Of a stretch of 64,000 nt of DNA, positions 49,747-59,256 are shown piece by piece; the stretch's first letter is position 1; each line of letters begins with the position of its first letter. Source of the stretch: Microthrixaceae bacterium (lineage in GTDB: Bacteria > Actinomycetota > Acidimicrobiia > Acidimicrobiales > VFJN01). Below the pieces are notes generated by a model, which saw only the letters and a program-made list of their open reading frames with translations, made no database searches and was not told where the DNA came from. Both the position numbers and the translations under genes were made by a program. The stretch is taken from NCBI GenBank assembly GCA_052390255.1, contig JBQTHC010000039.1:16084-80083 (forward strand). Direction: 5' to 3'.

Positions 49747-51042
49747 CTAGGAGCGGGCCGGGATGGCGTCGGCGCCGCCCAGGTAGGGCCGGAGGCACTC
49801 CACGATGGCGATCGAGCCGTCCCCCTGACGATGCGTCTCGAGGTACGCCGCGACCGTGCGCGGCCAGCCCATCGCCGAGCCGTTCACCGTGTGGCACACC
49901 TCGGTGCCCTTCCCCGCTTGGCTCCTGCAGCGGATGTTGGCCCGGCGTGCCTGGTAGTCGCTGAACCACGACACCGAGCTCACCTCCAGCCACATGTCGC
50001 AGCCGGGCGCGTAGACCTCGAGGTCCCACGTGCGCGCCGCCGACGCGCCGACGTCGCCGGTGCACAGGTCGACCACGCGGTACGGGAGCCCGAGGTCCGC
50101 CAGGAGCGCCTCGCTGCGCGCGAGCACGTCGGTCTGGCAGGCGATGGCGTCGTCGGCGTTCGCCGCGACCGCGAGCAGCTCCACCTTGTCGAACTCGTGC
50201 ACTCGCAGCAGCCCGCGCGTGTCTCGCCCCGCCGCGCCCGCCTCGCGCCGGAAGCACGACGTGTGGGCCATGTACCGCGCGGGCAGCGTCGCTGCGTCGA
50301 GCACCTCATCTCGGTGCAGGGAGGTGAGCGGGACCTCGGCGGTCGGGATCGCCCAGAGGTCGTCGCGCTCCATGTGATAGGCGTCCTCCTCGAACTTCGG
50401 GAGGTGGCCCGTGGAGATCATCGTGTCGGTGCGCACCAGCGTGGGAGGCCGGATCTCCTCGAACGCATCGGCGTTGCGGTCGAGGCTCACCTGCACCATC
50501 GCGCGCAGGAGTCGCGCACCCCAGCCGCGGTACATCGTGAACATCGACCCCGCGATCTTCGCGGCCCGGTCAGGGTCGAGGATCCCGAGCTCCACACCGA
50601 TGTCCCAGTGCGGCACGCGCTGGTGCGGCCCGTACGCACTTGCGTCGTACCCCTCGACGCGGAGCACGACGTTGTCGGCCTCGCTCGCGCCGTCGGGGCA
50701 GTCGACCGCGGGCAGGTTCGGCGTGCGCAGCAGCAGTGCCACCACCTCGTCGCCGAGCCGCGCGACCTCCACGTCGAGCGCCTTCTCCTGGTCGCCGAGC
50801 GATCGGCTCTCCGCCATCAGCGCCTCTGCCGCGTCGACATCTCCCTGCCCCCGGAGCCGGCCGACGTCCTTGGAGAGCGCGTTGATGCGCGCCCGCAGGT
50901 CGTCGCGCTGGGCGCCGAGGTCGCGCTGCGCGAGGTCGAGCTCGATGATCCGGTCGAGGTGCACGGTGGCGTCGCCGCCTCGCCGGGCGAGCCCCGCACG
51001 CACGACATCGGGTTCGGTGCGGAGCCGGCGGATGTCGAGCAT
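49747..51042 (-). CDS. serS: Serine--tRNA ligase
   Basis: The N-terminal coiled coil begins 'MLDIRRLR'. Class II motifs are 'FRRE.G..G.DTRGL.RVHEF.KVE' and 'GSA.....T'. Confidence 0.95.
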   Translation of the reverse strand: MLDIRRLRTEPDVVRAGLARRGGDATVHLDRIIELDLAQRDLGAQRDDLRARINALSKDVGRLRGQGDVDAAEALMAESRSLGDQEKALDVEVARLGDEVVALLLRTPNLPAVDCPDGASEADNVVLRVEGYDASAYGPHQRVPHWDIGVELGILDPDRAAKIAGSMFTMYRGWGARLLRAMVQVSLDRNADAFEEIRPPTLVRTDTMISTGHLPKFEEDAYHMERDDLWAIPTAEVPLTSLHRDEVLDAATLPARYMAHTSCFRREAGAAGRDTRGLLRVHEFDKVELLAVAANADDAIACQTDVLARSEALLADLGLPYRVVDLCTGDVGASAARTWDLEVYAPGCDMWLEVSSVSWFSDYQARRANIRCRSQAGKGTEVCHTVNGSAMGWPRTVAAYLETHRQGDGSIAIVECLRPYLGGADAIPARS

Positions 51043-51106
51043 GGCTCAGACGGTAGTGGCGCCCGGTGGGTAGGTTGGGCGCCGAATTCGATCCACGGAG
51101 GGCGCG

Positions 51107-52327
51107 GTGGGTGACGAGCACGTCTCGAGTGTGTGGTTCCGGGTCACGGATCTCGAGGTGGCGTCCGGTCGCGGGTGCGTGGTCACCACCACCGGCGGCG
51201 AGGAGTACCTCGACTTCTCGAGCGGCATCGCAGTGACGAGCACGGGGCACTGTCACCCGCGCGTCGTCGAGGCCATCGCCGCACAAGCCGCGCAGTTCAT
51301 CCATGCGCAGGTCAACGTCTATCGCCACACAAGGCTCGCCGAGCTCGCCGCGCGGCTGGCAGAGATCTCGCCTGAGGGCATCGACACGTTCTTCTTCGCC
51401 AACTCGGGCGCGGAGGCCACCGAGGCCGCGGTGAAGCTCGCGAAGCAGGCGACGGGCCGCCCGAACGTCATCGTCTTCCAGGGCAGCTTCCACGGTCGCA
51501 CCCACCTCGCGATGGCGATGACCACGTCCAAGACCGTCTACCGAGCCGGCCACGCCCCCCTTCCTGCCGGCGTCTTCGTCGCGCCCTTCCCGCAGACCGA
51601 CGCAGACGTCCCAGCGTGCCTCGACGCGCTCCGGCTCCTGCTGCTCAGCCAGAGCGCGCCCAGCGAGACCGCGGCGATGCTGATCGAACCGGTCCTCGGC
51701 GAAGGTGGCTACCTCCCCGCGCCCACGGCGTTCCTGGTCGGCATCGAGGAGATCTGCCGCGAGCACGGCATCGTGTTCGTCGCGGACGAGGTGCAGAGCG
51801 GCTTCGGTCGCACCGGCACGATGTTCAACGTGGAGCAGCACGACGTGCGCCCCGACGTCGTCGTGATGGCCAAGGGCCTCGCATCCGGGTTCCCCATCTC
51901 CGCGGTCGGCGCCTCCGCCGAGCTGATGGGGCGCTGGCCGACGGGGAGTCACGGCGGCACGTACGGCGGCAACCCGATCGGATGCGCCGCGGCGATCGCC
52001 ACGATCGACGTGGTCACCGAGCCCGGCTTCCTCGACAACGTGCGGGCGCGCGGCGAGCAGCTCCGTGCCGGCCTTCGTGCGCTCGCCGAGGAGGATCCCG
52101 GCGTCGTCGACGTGCGCGGGCCCGGCCTCATGGTGGCCTGCGAGCTGACCGATGCCGCGCGCGTCGGTGCCGTCTTGCGCCACTGCCTCGACGACGGGCA
52201 CCTCATCCTCATGAACGCGGGCACCTACGGAACCACGATCCGGTGGATGCCGCCGCTCGTCGTGAGCGAAGCCGAGATCGACGCCGCGCTCGGCGCGTTC
52301 GCGAAGGCACTCGCCGCCACTCGCTGA
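51107..52327 (+). CDS. Class III aminotransferase (GabT-like, PLP-dependent)
   Basis: 'FANSGAEATEAAVKLA', 'VFVADEVQSGFGRTG' and 'MAKGLASGFP' (PLP Lys). GTG start. Confidence 0.85.
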   Translation: MGDEHVSSVWFRVTDLEVASGRGCVVTTTGGEEYLDFSSGIAVTSTGHCHPRVVEAIAAQAAQFIHAQVNVYRHTRLAELAARLAEISPEGIDTFFFANSGAEATEAAVKLAKQATGRPNVIVFQGSFHGRTHLAMAMTTSKTVYRAGHAPLPAGVFVAPFPQTDADVPACLDALRLLLLSQSAPSETAAMLIEPVLGEGGYLPAPTAFLVGIEEICREHGIVFVADEVQSGFGRTGTMFNVEQHDVRPDVVVMAKGLASGFPISAVGASAELMGRWPTGSHGGTYGGNPIGCAAAIATIDVVTEPGFLDNVRARGEQLRAGLRALAEEDPGVVDVRGPGLMVACELTDAARVGAVLRHCLDDGHLILMNAGTYGTTIRWMPPLVVSEAEIDAALGAFAKALAATR

Positions 52328-52386
52328 CCCGCGGGGCAGGTACGGCGAGTTCGGCGCCGCACGGGCGGCTCGGTAGCGTCCCGTCG

Positions 52387-53358
52387 ATGGCTGCGGTCGA
52401 GGTGAACGAGCTGACGGTTCGCTACGGCGACGTCGTTGCCGTCGACGACGTCTCCTTCGAGGCGGGGGCGGGCAGGATCACCGCGGTGCTCGGCCCGAAC
52501 GGTGCGGGCAAGACGACCACGGTCGAGGTGCTGGAGGGCTTCCGCTCGCCGGATCGCGGGAGCGTCCGCGTGACAGGGCTCGACCCCATCGCCGACCACG
52601 CGGCCCTGACCCGCCGCATCGGCGTGATGCTCCAATCCGGTGGCGTCGGACCGGGCGTGCGCGTCGGTGAGGCACTGCGCCATGCCGCCGCGCTGTACGA
52701 CCACGCACTCGACACCGGCGAGCTGCTCGAGCGGGTCGGCCTGAACGGCAAGGAGCGACGTACGTGGCGCCAGATCTCCGGCGGCGAGCAGCGACGGCTT
52801 GCGCTTGCGCTGGCACTGGTCGGGCGACCGCAGGTGGCCTTCCTCGACGAACCCGGCTCGGGCGTCGACCCACAGGGGCGCCGCGCGATCCGCGAGGTCA
52901 TCTCGGGTCTGCGCCGCGACGGCGTGACCGTCGTGCTCACCACCCACGACCTCGACGAGGCGGAGACCCTGGCCGACCACGTCGTGATCCTCGACCACGG
53001 CAGGGTCGTCGCCGCGGGCACTCCCGCGGAGCTCATGGCGTCCGGGAGCGCTGACGAGGTCCGCTTCGGCGCCGCGGCGGGGCTCGACACGACTGCGATC
53101 AGTGCGCACCTCGGTGCCGCGGTGCGCGAGGTGACCGGTGGTGAGTACGTCGTCGCCGCGGCCGGCTCCCCCACCCTGGTCGCGGCGCTCACCGCGTGGC
53201 TCGCCGACCACGACCAACCGCTGGCTGATCTGCGCGCGGGGCGCCAGCGGCTCGAGGATGTGTTCCTCCGCCTCGTCGCCGAACCGAGTGCGCTGGCAGG
53301 GCCGCAGCCGGATGCGCGCGCCCGACGACGTCGCCGACGCGAACGGCAGCGGCCGTGA
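52387..53358 (+). CDS. ABC transporter ATP-binding protein (ABC-2 exporter type)
   Basis: ATG at 52387. 'GPNGAGKTT', 'ISGGEQRRLALALAL' and 'AFLDEPGSGVD'. Confidence 0.85.
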   Translation: MAAVEVNELTVRYGDVVAVDDVSFEAGAGRITAVLGPNGAGKTTTVEVLEGFRSPDRGSVRVTGLDPIADHAALTRRIGVMLQSGGVGPGVRVGEALRHAAALYDHALDTGELLERVGLNGKERRTWRQISGGEQRRLALALALVGRPQVAFLDEPGSGVDPQGRRAIREVISGLRRDGVTVVLTTHDLDEAETLADHVVILDHGRVVAAGTPAELMASGSADEVRFGAAAGLDTTAISAHLGAAVREVTGGEYVVAAAGSPTLVAALTAWLADHDQPLADLRAGRQRLEDVFLRLVAEPSALAGPQPDARARRRRRRERQRP

Positions 53359-54071
53359 AGCCGCTGCTCGCCCATGCCCGGCTCGAGCTGACGCTGCTCG
53401 CACGCAACGGCGAGTCGCTCCTCCTCACGATCGGCATCCCGATCCTGCTGCTCGTGTTCTTCGCCAACGTCGACGTGCTGCCGATCGACGGCGACCCGAT
53501 CACGTTCCTCGCGCCGGGCGTGCTCGCCCTGGCGGTGCTATCGACCTCCCTCGTCAACCTCGCCATCGCCACCGGCTTCGAGCGCGAGTACGGGGTGCTG
53601 AAGCGGCTCGGCGCGACCCCGCTCGGTCGCCCGCGCCTGCTCGCCGCGAAGACCGCAGCGATCCTCGTGGTGGAGGCGGCGCAGATCGGTGTCCTGTGGG
53701 TGATCGCGCTCGCGCTCGGCTGGGATCCGAGCCCGCGCCTCGGCTTCGTCGCCGCGGTGACGCTCGGCACGATCGCGTGCGCTGGCCTGGCCCTGTGCCT
53801 CGCGGGAGCGCTCTCCGCCCTCGTGACGCTCGCCGCGGCGAACGGTCTCTACCTCGTCCTCCTGCTCCTGTCGGGCATGGTGATCCCCCTCACGGAGCTC
53901 CCAGGCCCCGTCCGCGCGCTCGCGCGCGCCCTGCCCAGCGGCGCGCTCGCGGACGCGGTCCGCGGCACGCTCAGCGTGAGCGGGACCGTGCCGGCGCGGG
54001 CCTGGGTCGTCCTGGGCGTGTGGGCGGTCGTCGCCCCAACCGCCGCGACACGCCTCTTCCGCTGGGAGTAG
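53355..54071 (+). CDS. ABC-2 family transporter permease
   Basis: GTGA overlap with the ATPase gene. 238-aa protein with about 6 TM segments. Confidence 0.75.
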   Translation: MKPLLAHARLELTLLARNGESLLLTIGIPILLLVFFANVDVLPIDGDPITFLAPGVLALAVLSTSLVNLAIATGFEREYGVLKRLGATPLGRPRLLAAKTAAILVVEAAQIGVLWVIALALGWDPSPRLGFVAAVTLGTIACAGLALCLAGALSALVTLAAANGLYLVLLLLSGMVIPLTELPGPVRALARALPSGALADAVRGTLSVSGTVPARAWVVLGVWAVVAPTAATRLFRWE

Positions 54072-54073
54072 CG

Positions 54074-54134
54074 ACGTCTGTGAACCCTCACGATCGCCAT
54101 CCGGACGTGAGGGTTCACAGACGTTGGTTGGTGG
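54074..54134. repeat. Palindromic intergenic repeat, TCTGTG...CACAGA superfamily, copy C
   Basis: ACGTCTGTGAACCCTCACG / CGTGAGGGTTCACAGACGT (19 bp, perfect) plus right flank TGGTTGGTGG. It lies between the convergent ABC permease and ctaG genes. Confidence 0.9.
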
Positions 54135-54144
54135 AGCAGGGGGG

Positions 54145-55053
54145 TCAGGGGTGCGGCTGCTCGACGGTGGGCGGCGGGTGCGCCTCGAAGGCCTGCTGCA
54201 CCGTGTCGAACGTCAGCACCTCGCGCGCGGCTGCAGCCCGCGCGCGGTCCTCGCGCTCGTTGCGAGCCGACCACGAGAAGAACAGCCAGGTGATGACGAC
54301 CCACAGGTAGGTGCCGGCACCGAGCTTCATGATCACGCCGGCCACCTGCTGGTCGGTGGTGACGGAGATGTCGAACATGCGCTGCGGGATGTCGTACACG
54401 CGGTACACCGCACCGTGGGCGAAGATCAGCCAGGCGCCGGGAACGGTCGGCACGATCGACGTGACGAACAGGTACAACATCTGAGCGGGCACCGAGATGC
54501 GCAGCTCGGGGAGTGGGCCGCACACGGGGATCCACAGCAGCAGCGCCGCGGCGACGATCGTGGTGTGGACGGCGTAGTGGAACAGCCCGTTGGACGACGC
54601 GGTGTTGACGACGAACTGCGCGTGCAGCAGCAGCGCGAGTGCGTTGAACAGGACCGCCGCGGGCACCGGGCGAGCCAGCTTGTGGACCCAACGGTCGACT
54701 CGCCCGTTGCCGAGCACGAGCCGGGCGAGCCACTCGGGAGTGGCCATCAGCATCACCGCTGGCATCACGAGCGTGAGGATCGTGTGCTGGATCATGTGGA
54801 CGAGGTAGAGGTACTCCTCGCCGACGTCGTGCATCGGCCAGTCAGCCGCCACCCAGAGGAGCAGCACGCCGAACACGAACCAGCGCCGCTGCGAACGGGT
54901 GACCGCGGGCGTGCCCGCCGGCACGACCTTCGGGCCGATCACCCTGGCCGCGTAGACGTAGAGCACCACGAGCCCCACGACCAGCAGCCACACCTCCGGG
55001 TGCGGCACCCAGCGCCAGAAGTCGACGCGCTCGGAAGCCGCGAGCTCCCTCAT
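54145..55053 (-). CDS. ctaG: Cytochrome c oxidase assembly factor CtaG (caa3-type, membrane)
   Basis: 'DWPMHDVGEEYLYLVHMIQHTILTLVMP' and 'LLWIPVCGP' are typical of Bacillus-type CtaG. Confidence 0.8.
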   Translation of the reverse strand: MRELAASERVDFWRWVPHPEVWLLVVGLVVLYVYAARVIGPKVVPAGTPAVTRSQRRWFVFGVLLLWVAADWPMHDVGEEYLYLVHMIQHTILTLVMPAVMLMATPEWLARLVLGNGRVDRWVHKLARPVPAAVLFNALALLLHAQFVVNTASSNGLFHYAVHTTIVAAALLLWIPVCGPLPELRISVPAQMLYLFVTSIVPTVPGAWLIFAHGAVYRVYDIPQRMFDISVTTDQQVAGVIMKLGAGTYLWVVITWLFFSWSARNEREDRARAAAAREVLTFDTVQQAFEAHPPPTVEQPHP

Positions 55054-55054
55054 G

Positions 55055-55426
55055 TCAGCGCAGGAACTTCAGGTACTGGTCGTCCCAGAACTCGAAGGCG
55101 AACAGGGCGATCATGTAGACGACCGTGGCGAGCACGAGCCCGAACACGAACACGCGCTTGAAGATCGGGTTGTCGTACTTCAGGTGCATGAAGTATCCGG
55201 TGACGATCGCGAACTTGATGATCATCATCGGGAAGAGCACCAGCACGAGCCCGAGGGTGCTCGGCGCCGAGCCGAAGAGGTCTTCCCAGAAGTACGTGCC
55301 CACCTCGAGCGCGGTGAGTGCGCCGAGGATCAGCGCGATCTTCACGTACTGCGCGTCGCTCGGGTGATCGTGGACGGTCTCGTCGACCTCGTGCTCAGCG
55401 GCAGTCGAGACGGTGGTCGTGGTCAT
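55055..55426 (-). CDS. ctaF: Cytochrome c oxidase subunit IV (prokaryotic COX4/CtaF, Bacillus type)
   Basis: 123 aa with 'YVKIALILGALTALEV' and 'KFAIVTGYFMHLKYD'. Confidence 0.75.
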   Translation of the reverse strand: MTTTTVSTAAEHEVDETVHDHPSDAQYVKIALILGALTALEVGTYFWEDLFGSAPSTLGLVLVLFPMMIIKFAIVTGYFMHLKYDNPIFKRVFVFGLVLATVVYMIALFAFEFWDDQYLKFLR

Positions 55427-55435
55427 CGCGGCGTC

Positions 55436-56056
55436 CTAGGGGATGAGGTAGACGATCGTGAAGATGAGGATCCACACGATGTCGACGAAGTGCCAGTAGA
55501 GCCCGACGATCTCGACGGCCTCGGCCTTCTCCGGCCCGAGGTTGCCGCGCAGCGACATCACGAGCAGCGACATCAGCATGATGATGCCGACGCTCACGTG
55601 CACACCGTGGAAGCCGGTGAGCGTGTAGAAGGCCGACCCGAAGATGTTCGTGGTGAAGCCGAGACCCTCTCGGTAGAAGGTGGTGAACTCGTAGACCTGC
55701 CCACCGATGAACACCGCGCCGAGCATCGCTGTTGTCGCGAGCCAGGCGCGGTTGCGGCGCACGTCGCCTCGCACGATCGAGGCGACCGCGAGCGCCATGG
55801 TGAGCGAGCTCATGAGCAGCACGAACGAGCTGACCGACGTGAAGGGGATGTCGAACACGTCCTTGGGACCGAGACCGGTCACCGAGCGGTGACGCAGCAG
55901 CAGGTAGGTGGAGATCAGCCCGCCGAAGAGCAGGCAGTCGGACCCGAGGAACACCCACATCGCCAGCTTCTCGTTGGAGATGCCGGTGGCGGTGGCGTGA
56001 CCGTGGCCGGGCTCCTCGTGCACCGAGCTCGGCACGTGGACGGTGGTATCAGTCAC
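55436..56056 (-). CDS. ctaE: Cytochrome c oxidase subunit III
   Basis: 'MWVFLGSDCLLFGGLI', 'GGQVYEF', 'FYTLTGFHGVHV' and 'LYWHFVDIVW'. Confidence 0.9.
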   Translation of the reverse strand: MTDTTVHVPSSVHEEPGHGHATATGISNEKLAMWVFLGSDCLLFGGLISTYLLLRHRSVTGLGPKDVFDIPFTSVSSFVLLMSSLTMALAVASIVRGDVRRNRAWLATTAMLGAVFIGGQVYEFTTFYREGLGFTTNIFGSAFYTLTGFHGVHVSVGIIMLMSLLVMSLRGNLGPEKAEAVEIVGLYWHFVDIVWILIFTIVYLIP

Positions 56057-58091
56057 CGACGCTCACCTCCTCGTCCGTGGCGGGCGCATCCGTGACCGGT
56101 GCCTCCGCGGCGCCGTCACCGTCGGTTCCGTCGCCGCCCGCGTGATCGTCGCCCCCGTCGTCGTGACCGTGCGGCGGCAGGTCCAGGTCGTCAGCCGGCT
56201 CGAGCGCCCAGCCCACGAAGCCGGCCAGCGCCATCGCGCCACCCACCGCCGAGATGACGAGGTTGAAGATGAGGCCGTAGGCCACCAACGGCAGGCCCGC
56301 CGACAGGAGGATCGGGAAGTAGGACGGTGCCGGGAGGTGGGACCTGGAGCCATCTCCGGGCATCGCCACCTCCTCCGCAGTGGCGATCTGCACGGTGCGG
56401 CCGTGCTCGTCTTCGCCGTACTTGCGGTGCCAGAAGTCGTCGAGCTGGGTGACGACGGGCGAGTCGTCGAAGTTGTGCTCGGGCACTGGCGACGGGATGC
56501 TCCACTCGAGGCTGCGGGCGTCCCACGGGTCGGGGCCTGGCGGCGGCAGCGAAGCGGCGCGGCGCTTCGAGCGCACGATGTTCCAGAAGAACACGAGGAA
56601 GGCGACCGCGATGATGAACGCGCCGACCGTCGACACCATGTTCCAGAAGTCGAACCCGTAGCCGGCGCGATAGGTGGAGATGCGGCGGCTCATGCCCTGG
56701 AGGCCGAGGATGTGCATCGGTCCGAACGTGAGGTTGAAGCCCACGAGCGTCATCCAGAAGTGGACCTTGCCGATCGTCTCGTTGAGCATGTAGCCGAACA
56801 CCTTCGGCCACCAGAAGTAGAACCCGCCGAGGAAGCCGAACAGCGCGCCACCGAAGATCACGTAGTGGAAGTGGGCGACGATGTAGTACGTGTCGGTCTG
56901 CTGGGTGTCGGCCGGAGCGACCGCGTGCGTCACGCCGGAGAGCCCGCCGATCGTGAACATCGCGACGAGCCCCATCGCGAACAGCATCGGCGTGGTGAAG
57001 CTGAGCTTGCCGCCCCACATCGTGGCCATCCAGTTGAGGATCTTCACGCCGGTCGGAACCGCGATGAACATCGTCGACACGGAGAACGCTGCCACCGAGA
57101 TCGGGCCGAGACCCGAGGAGAACATGTGGTGCGCCCACACACCCCACCCCATGAACCCGATCGCGATGCCCGAGAACACCATGAACGGGTAGCCGAAGAT
57201 CGGCTTGCGCGAGAACACCGGAATGATCTCCGACACGATCCCGAACGCCGGGAGGATCAGGATGTACACCTCCGGGTGACCAAAGATCCAGAACAGGTGC
57301 TCCCACAGCAGTGGGTCGGCGCCCTGCGCCACGTTGAAGAAGTTCGCGTCGAAGAGCCGGTCGAAGGTGAGCAGGAACAGCGCCACGGAGATCACGGGAA
57401 TCGCGAACACGAGCAGCACCTGGGTGACGAGGCTCATCCAGGTGAACACGGGCATCTTCATGAGCGTCATGCCTGGCGCGCGCATGTTGAGGCACGTGAC
57501 GACGAGGTTGATGCCGCCGACGAGCGAGGCGATGCCGGTGATCTGCAGGCCGAGCGCGTAGAAGTCCATGCCGTGGCTCGGCGAGAAGACGACGCCCGTG
57601 TTGGGCGCGTACGCGAACCACCCGCCATCGGCGCCACCACCGAGGAACCACGAGGTGTTGAGGAAGATGCCGCCGAAGAGGAACGTCCAGAAGCTGAGCG
57701 CGTTGAGTCGGGGGAACGCGACGTCGCGCGCCCCGATCTGCAGCGGGATCAAGTAGTTCATGAACGCGGCGCCCATCGGCATCACGACGAGGAAGATCAT
57801 CGTGATGCCGTGCATCGTGAACACCTGGTTGTAGAGCCCAGCAGACAGCAGCTTCTGGCCCGGGGCGGCGAGCTGGGCGCGGATCGCCAGCGCCTCCACG
57901 CCACCGATGATCAGGAAGAACAGCGCCGACGCGCCGTACATCACCCCGATCTTCTTGTGGTCGACCGTGCTGACCCAGGCCCGCCAGCCGGTCTTCGCGC
58001 GCGGGCGCGTGAAGACCCCGAGGGGTTGGTGGCCCAGCGCGCCGCCCGGGGGCAGCGCCAGCGCATCAGAGGGTCGCTCGACGATCGCCAT
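56049..58091 (-). CDS. ctaD: Cytochrome c oxidase subunit I with C-terminal subunit-IV-like extension
   Basis: All canonical ligand blocks are present: 'FTMHG', 'FWIFGHPEVY', 'VWAHHMF' and 'VAHFHYV'. About 130 extra C-terminal residues include 'HLPAPSYFPILLSAGLPLVAYGL' and an acidic His/Asp/Gly tail. Confidence 0.9.
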   Translation of the reverse strand: MAIVERPSDALALPPGGALGHQPLGVFTRPRAKTGWRAWVSTVDHKKIGVMYGASALFFLIIGGVEALAIRAQLAAPGQKLLSAGLYNQVFTMHGITMIFLVVMPMGAAFMNYLIPLQIGARDVAFPRLNALSFWTFLFGGIFLNTSWFLGGGADGGWFAYAPNTGVVFSPSHGMDFYALGLQITGIASLVGGINLVVTCLNMRAPGMTLMKMPVFTWMSLVTQVLLVFAIPVISVALFLLTFDRLFDANFFNVAQGADPLLWEHLFWIFGHPEVYILILPAFGIVSEIIPVFSRKPIFGYPFMVFSGIAIGFMGWGVWAHHMFSSGLGPISVAAFSVSTMFIAVPTGVKILNWMATMWGGKLSFTTPMLFAMGLVAMFTIGGLSGVTHAVAPADTQQTDTYYIVAHFHYVIFGGALFGFLGGFYFWWPKVFGYMLNETIGKVHFWMTLVGFNLTFGPMHILGLQGMSRRISTYRAGYGFDFWNMVSTVGAFIIAVAFLVFFWNIVRSKRRAASLPPPGPDPWDARSLEWSIPSPVPEHNFDDSPVVTQLDDFWHRKYGEDEHGRTVQIATAEEVAMPGDGSRSHLPAPSYFPILLSAGLPLVAYGLIFNLVISAVGGAMALAGFVGWALEPADDLDLPPHGHDDGGDDHAGGDGTDGDGAAEAPVTDAPATDEEVSVGD

Positions 58092-58098
58092 GTCTGCG

Positions 58099-59256
58099 CT
58101 ACTCCAACGTCTCGAGGTAGGCCACGAGCGCCTTGATCTGCTCGTCGGTCAGGTTCAGGTTCGGCATCCCGCGACTTCCCTCTGGGTACATCGGCTTGCG
58201 CCCCGGTGGGTCCCGGAGCCACGCCTCGAGGTCGGCGACGTTGAGCTGCTTGCCGCGCTCAGCGATGTCGATCTCGCCATTGCCGTTCTGGTCGACCCAC
58301 GTGTCGAACACCCCTCCGGCGAAGATGCCGCGGCTCGCGAAGTGGGTGAGGTTCGGCGCGGCGCCCGACACCTGCGCGGTGCCCTTGAAGATGTCGTCGT
58401 TGCCGCCGGGGCCGCTCACGAGGTGGCAGCCGGAGCACGACGTGCGGAACGTCTCCATGCCCTCCTTGGCGAGGGCGTCGGTGGGCACCTTGGCGTCCTC
58501 GAGCTGGTTCGCCTGCCAGGCCGCATAGTCGCTCGCGGACAGTGCCACCACGCGCATGCGCATGTAGCCGTGCGAGAGGCCGCAGAACTCCGTGCACTGG
58601 CCCCGGTACACGCCAGGTGCGTCGGCCTGCATCTCGAGCGGGTGCTCGCGACCGGGGACGGCATCCCGCTTGCCGTTGAGGCCCGGGATCCAGAACGAGT
58701 GGATGACGTCTCGCGAGGTGATCGTGAGGCTGACCGGCTTGCCCGCAGGGATCACGAGGTCGTTCGCCGTGACGATGTCGTCCTCGCCGTCACCGTCGAC
58801 GTCGTAGCGGTACTCCCACCACCACTGCTGGCCGACGACGGTGATCTCCTGCGCGTCGGCCGGCTTCTTCTCGAGGTCGAGCAGCGTGAGCACCGACGCG
58901 CCGCCGACGCCCGCGAGCAGCAGTGCCGGCAGGATCGTCCAACCGATCTCGAGCTTGAAGTTGCCGTGGACCTGCTCGGGAAGGCTCCCGTCGTCGTCCC
59001 GACGCTTGCGGAAGCGCCACGCGAGGAAGATGACGCCGGCCTGCACGAGCACGAACACCACGCCGGCGATCAAGAAGACGGGGTTGACGAGGTTGTCGAT
59101 CGACCGCGCCTTCGGGCCCTTCGGCTCCAGCGTCGTGAGCGGTGCCTTCTCGGCGCACGCGCCGAGCACGAGGATCAACGGCGCGACGAGCGCGACACGG
59201 CGACGGCGGAACATGCGGGCTCCTCGTGCGAGGCGGGTGGGCGACAGCGGCATCAT
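58099..59256 (-). CDS. ctaC: Cytochrome c oxidase subunit II fused to a cytochrome c domain (caa3 type)
   Basis: CuA site 'HSFWIP...CTEFCGLSHGYM', heme-c site 'CSGCH' and distal 'RGMPN'. The start is either the ATGATG at 59256 or the Met at 59214 before lipobox 'LGAC'. Confidence 0.9.
   Translation of the reverse strand: MMPLSPTRLARGARMFRRRRVALVAPLILVLGACAEKAPLTTLEPKGPKARSIDNLVNPVFLIAGVVFVLVQAGVIFLAWRFRKRRDDDGSLPEQVHGNFKLEIGWTILPALLLAGVGGASVLTLLDLEKKPADAQEITVVGQQWWWEYRYDVDGDGEDDIVTANDLVIPAGKPVSLTITSRDVIHSFWIPGLNGKRDAVPGREHPLEMQADAPGVYRGQCTEFCGLSHGYMRMRVVALSASDYAAWQANQLEDAKVPTDALAKEGMETFRTSCSGCHLVSGPGGNDDIFKGTAQVSGAAPNLTHFASRGIFAGGVFDTWVDQNGNGEIDIAERGKQLNVADLEAWLRDPPGRKPMYPEGSRGMPNLNLTDEQIKALVAYLETLE

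Noticed and set aside
51043-51106. T-box or other leader upstream of serS
   Set aside because: The 64-nt divergent spacer is too short for a T-box. It lacks specifier and T-box sequence features. It contains only a GGCGCCC...GGGCGCC inverted repeat.
56043-58136. 697-aa plus-strand ORF
   Set aside because: It is exactly antisense to the bona fide ctaD gene. Its composition is extremely rich in E, D, R and H. It is a high-GC shadow ORF.
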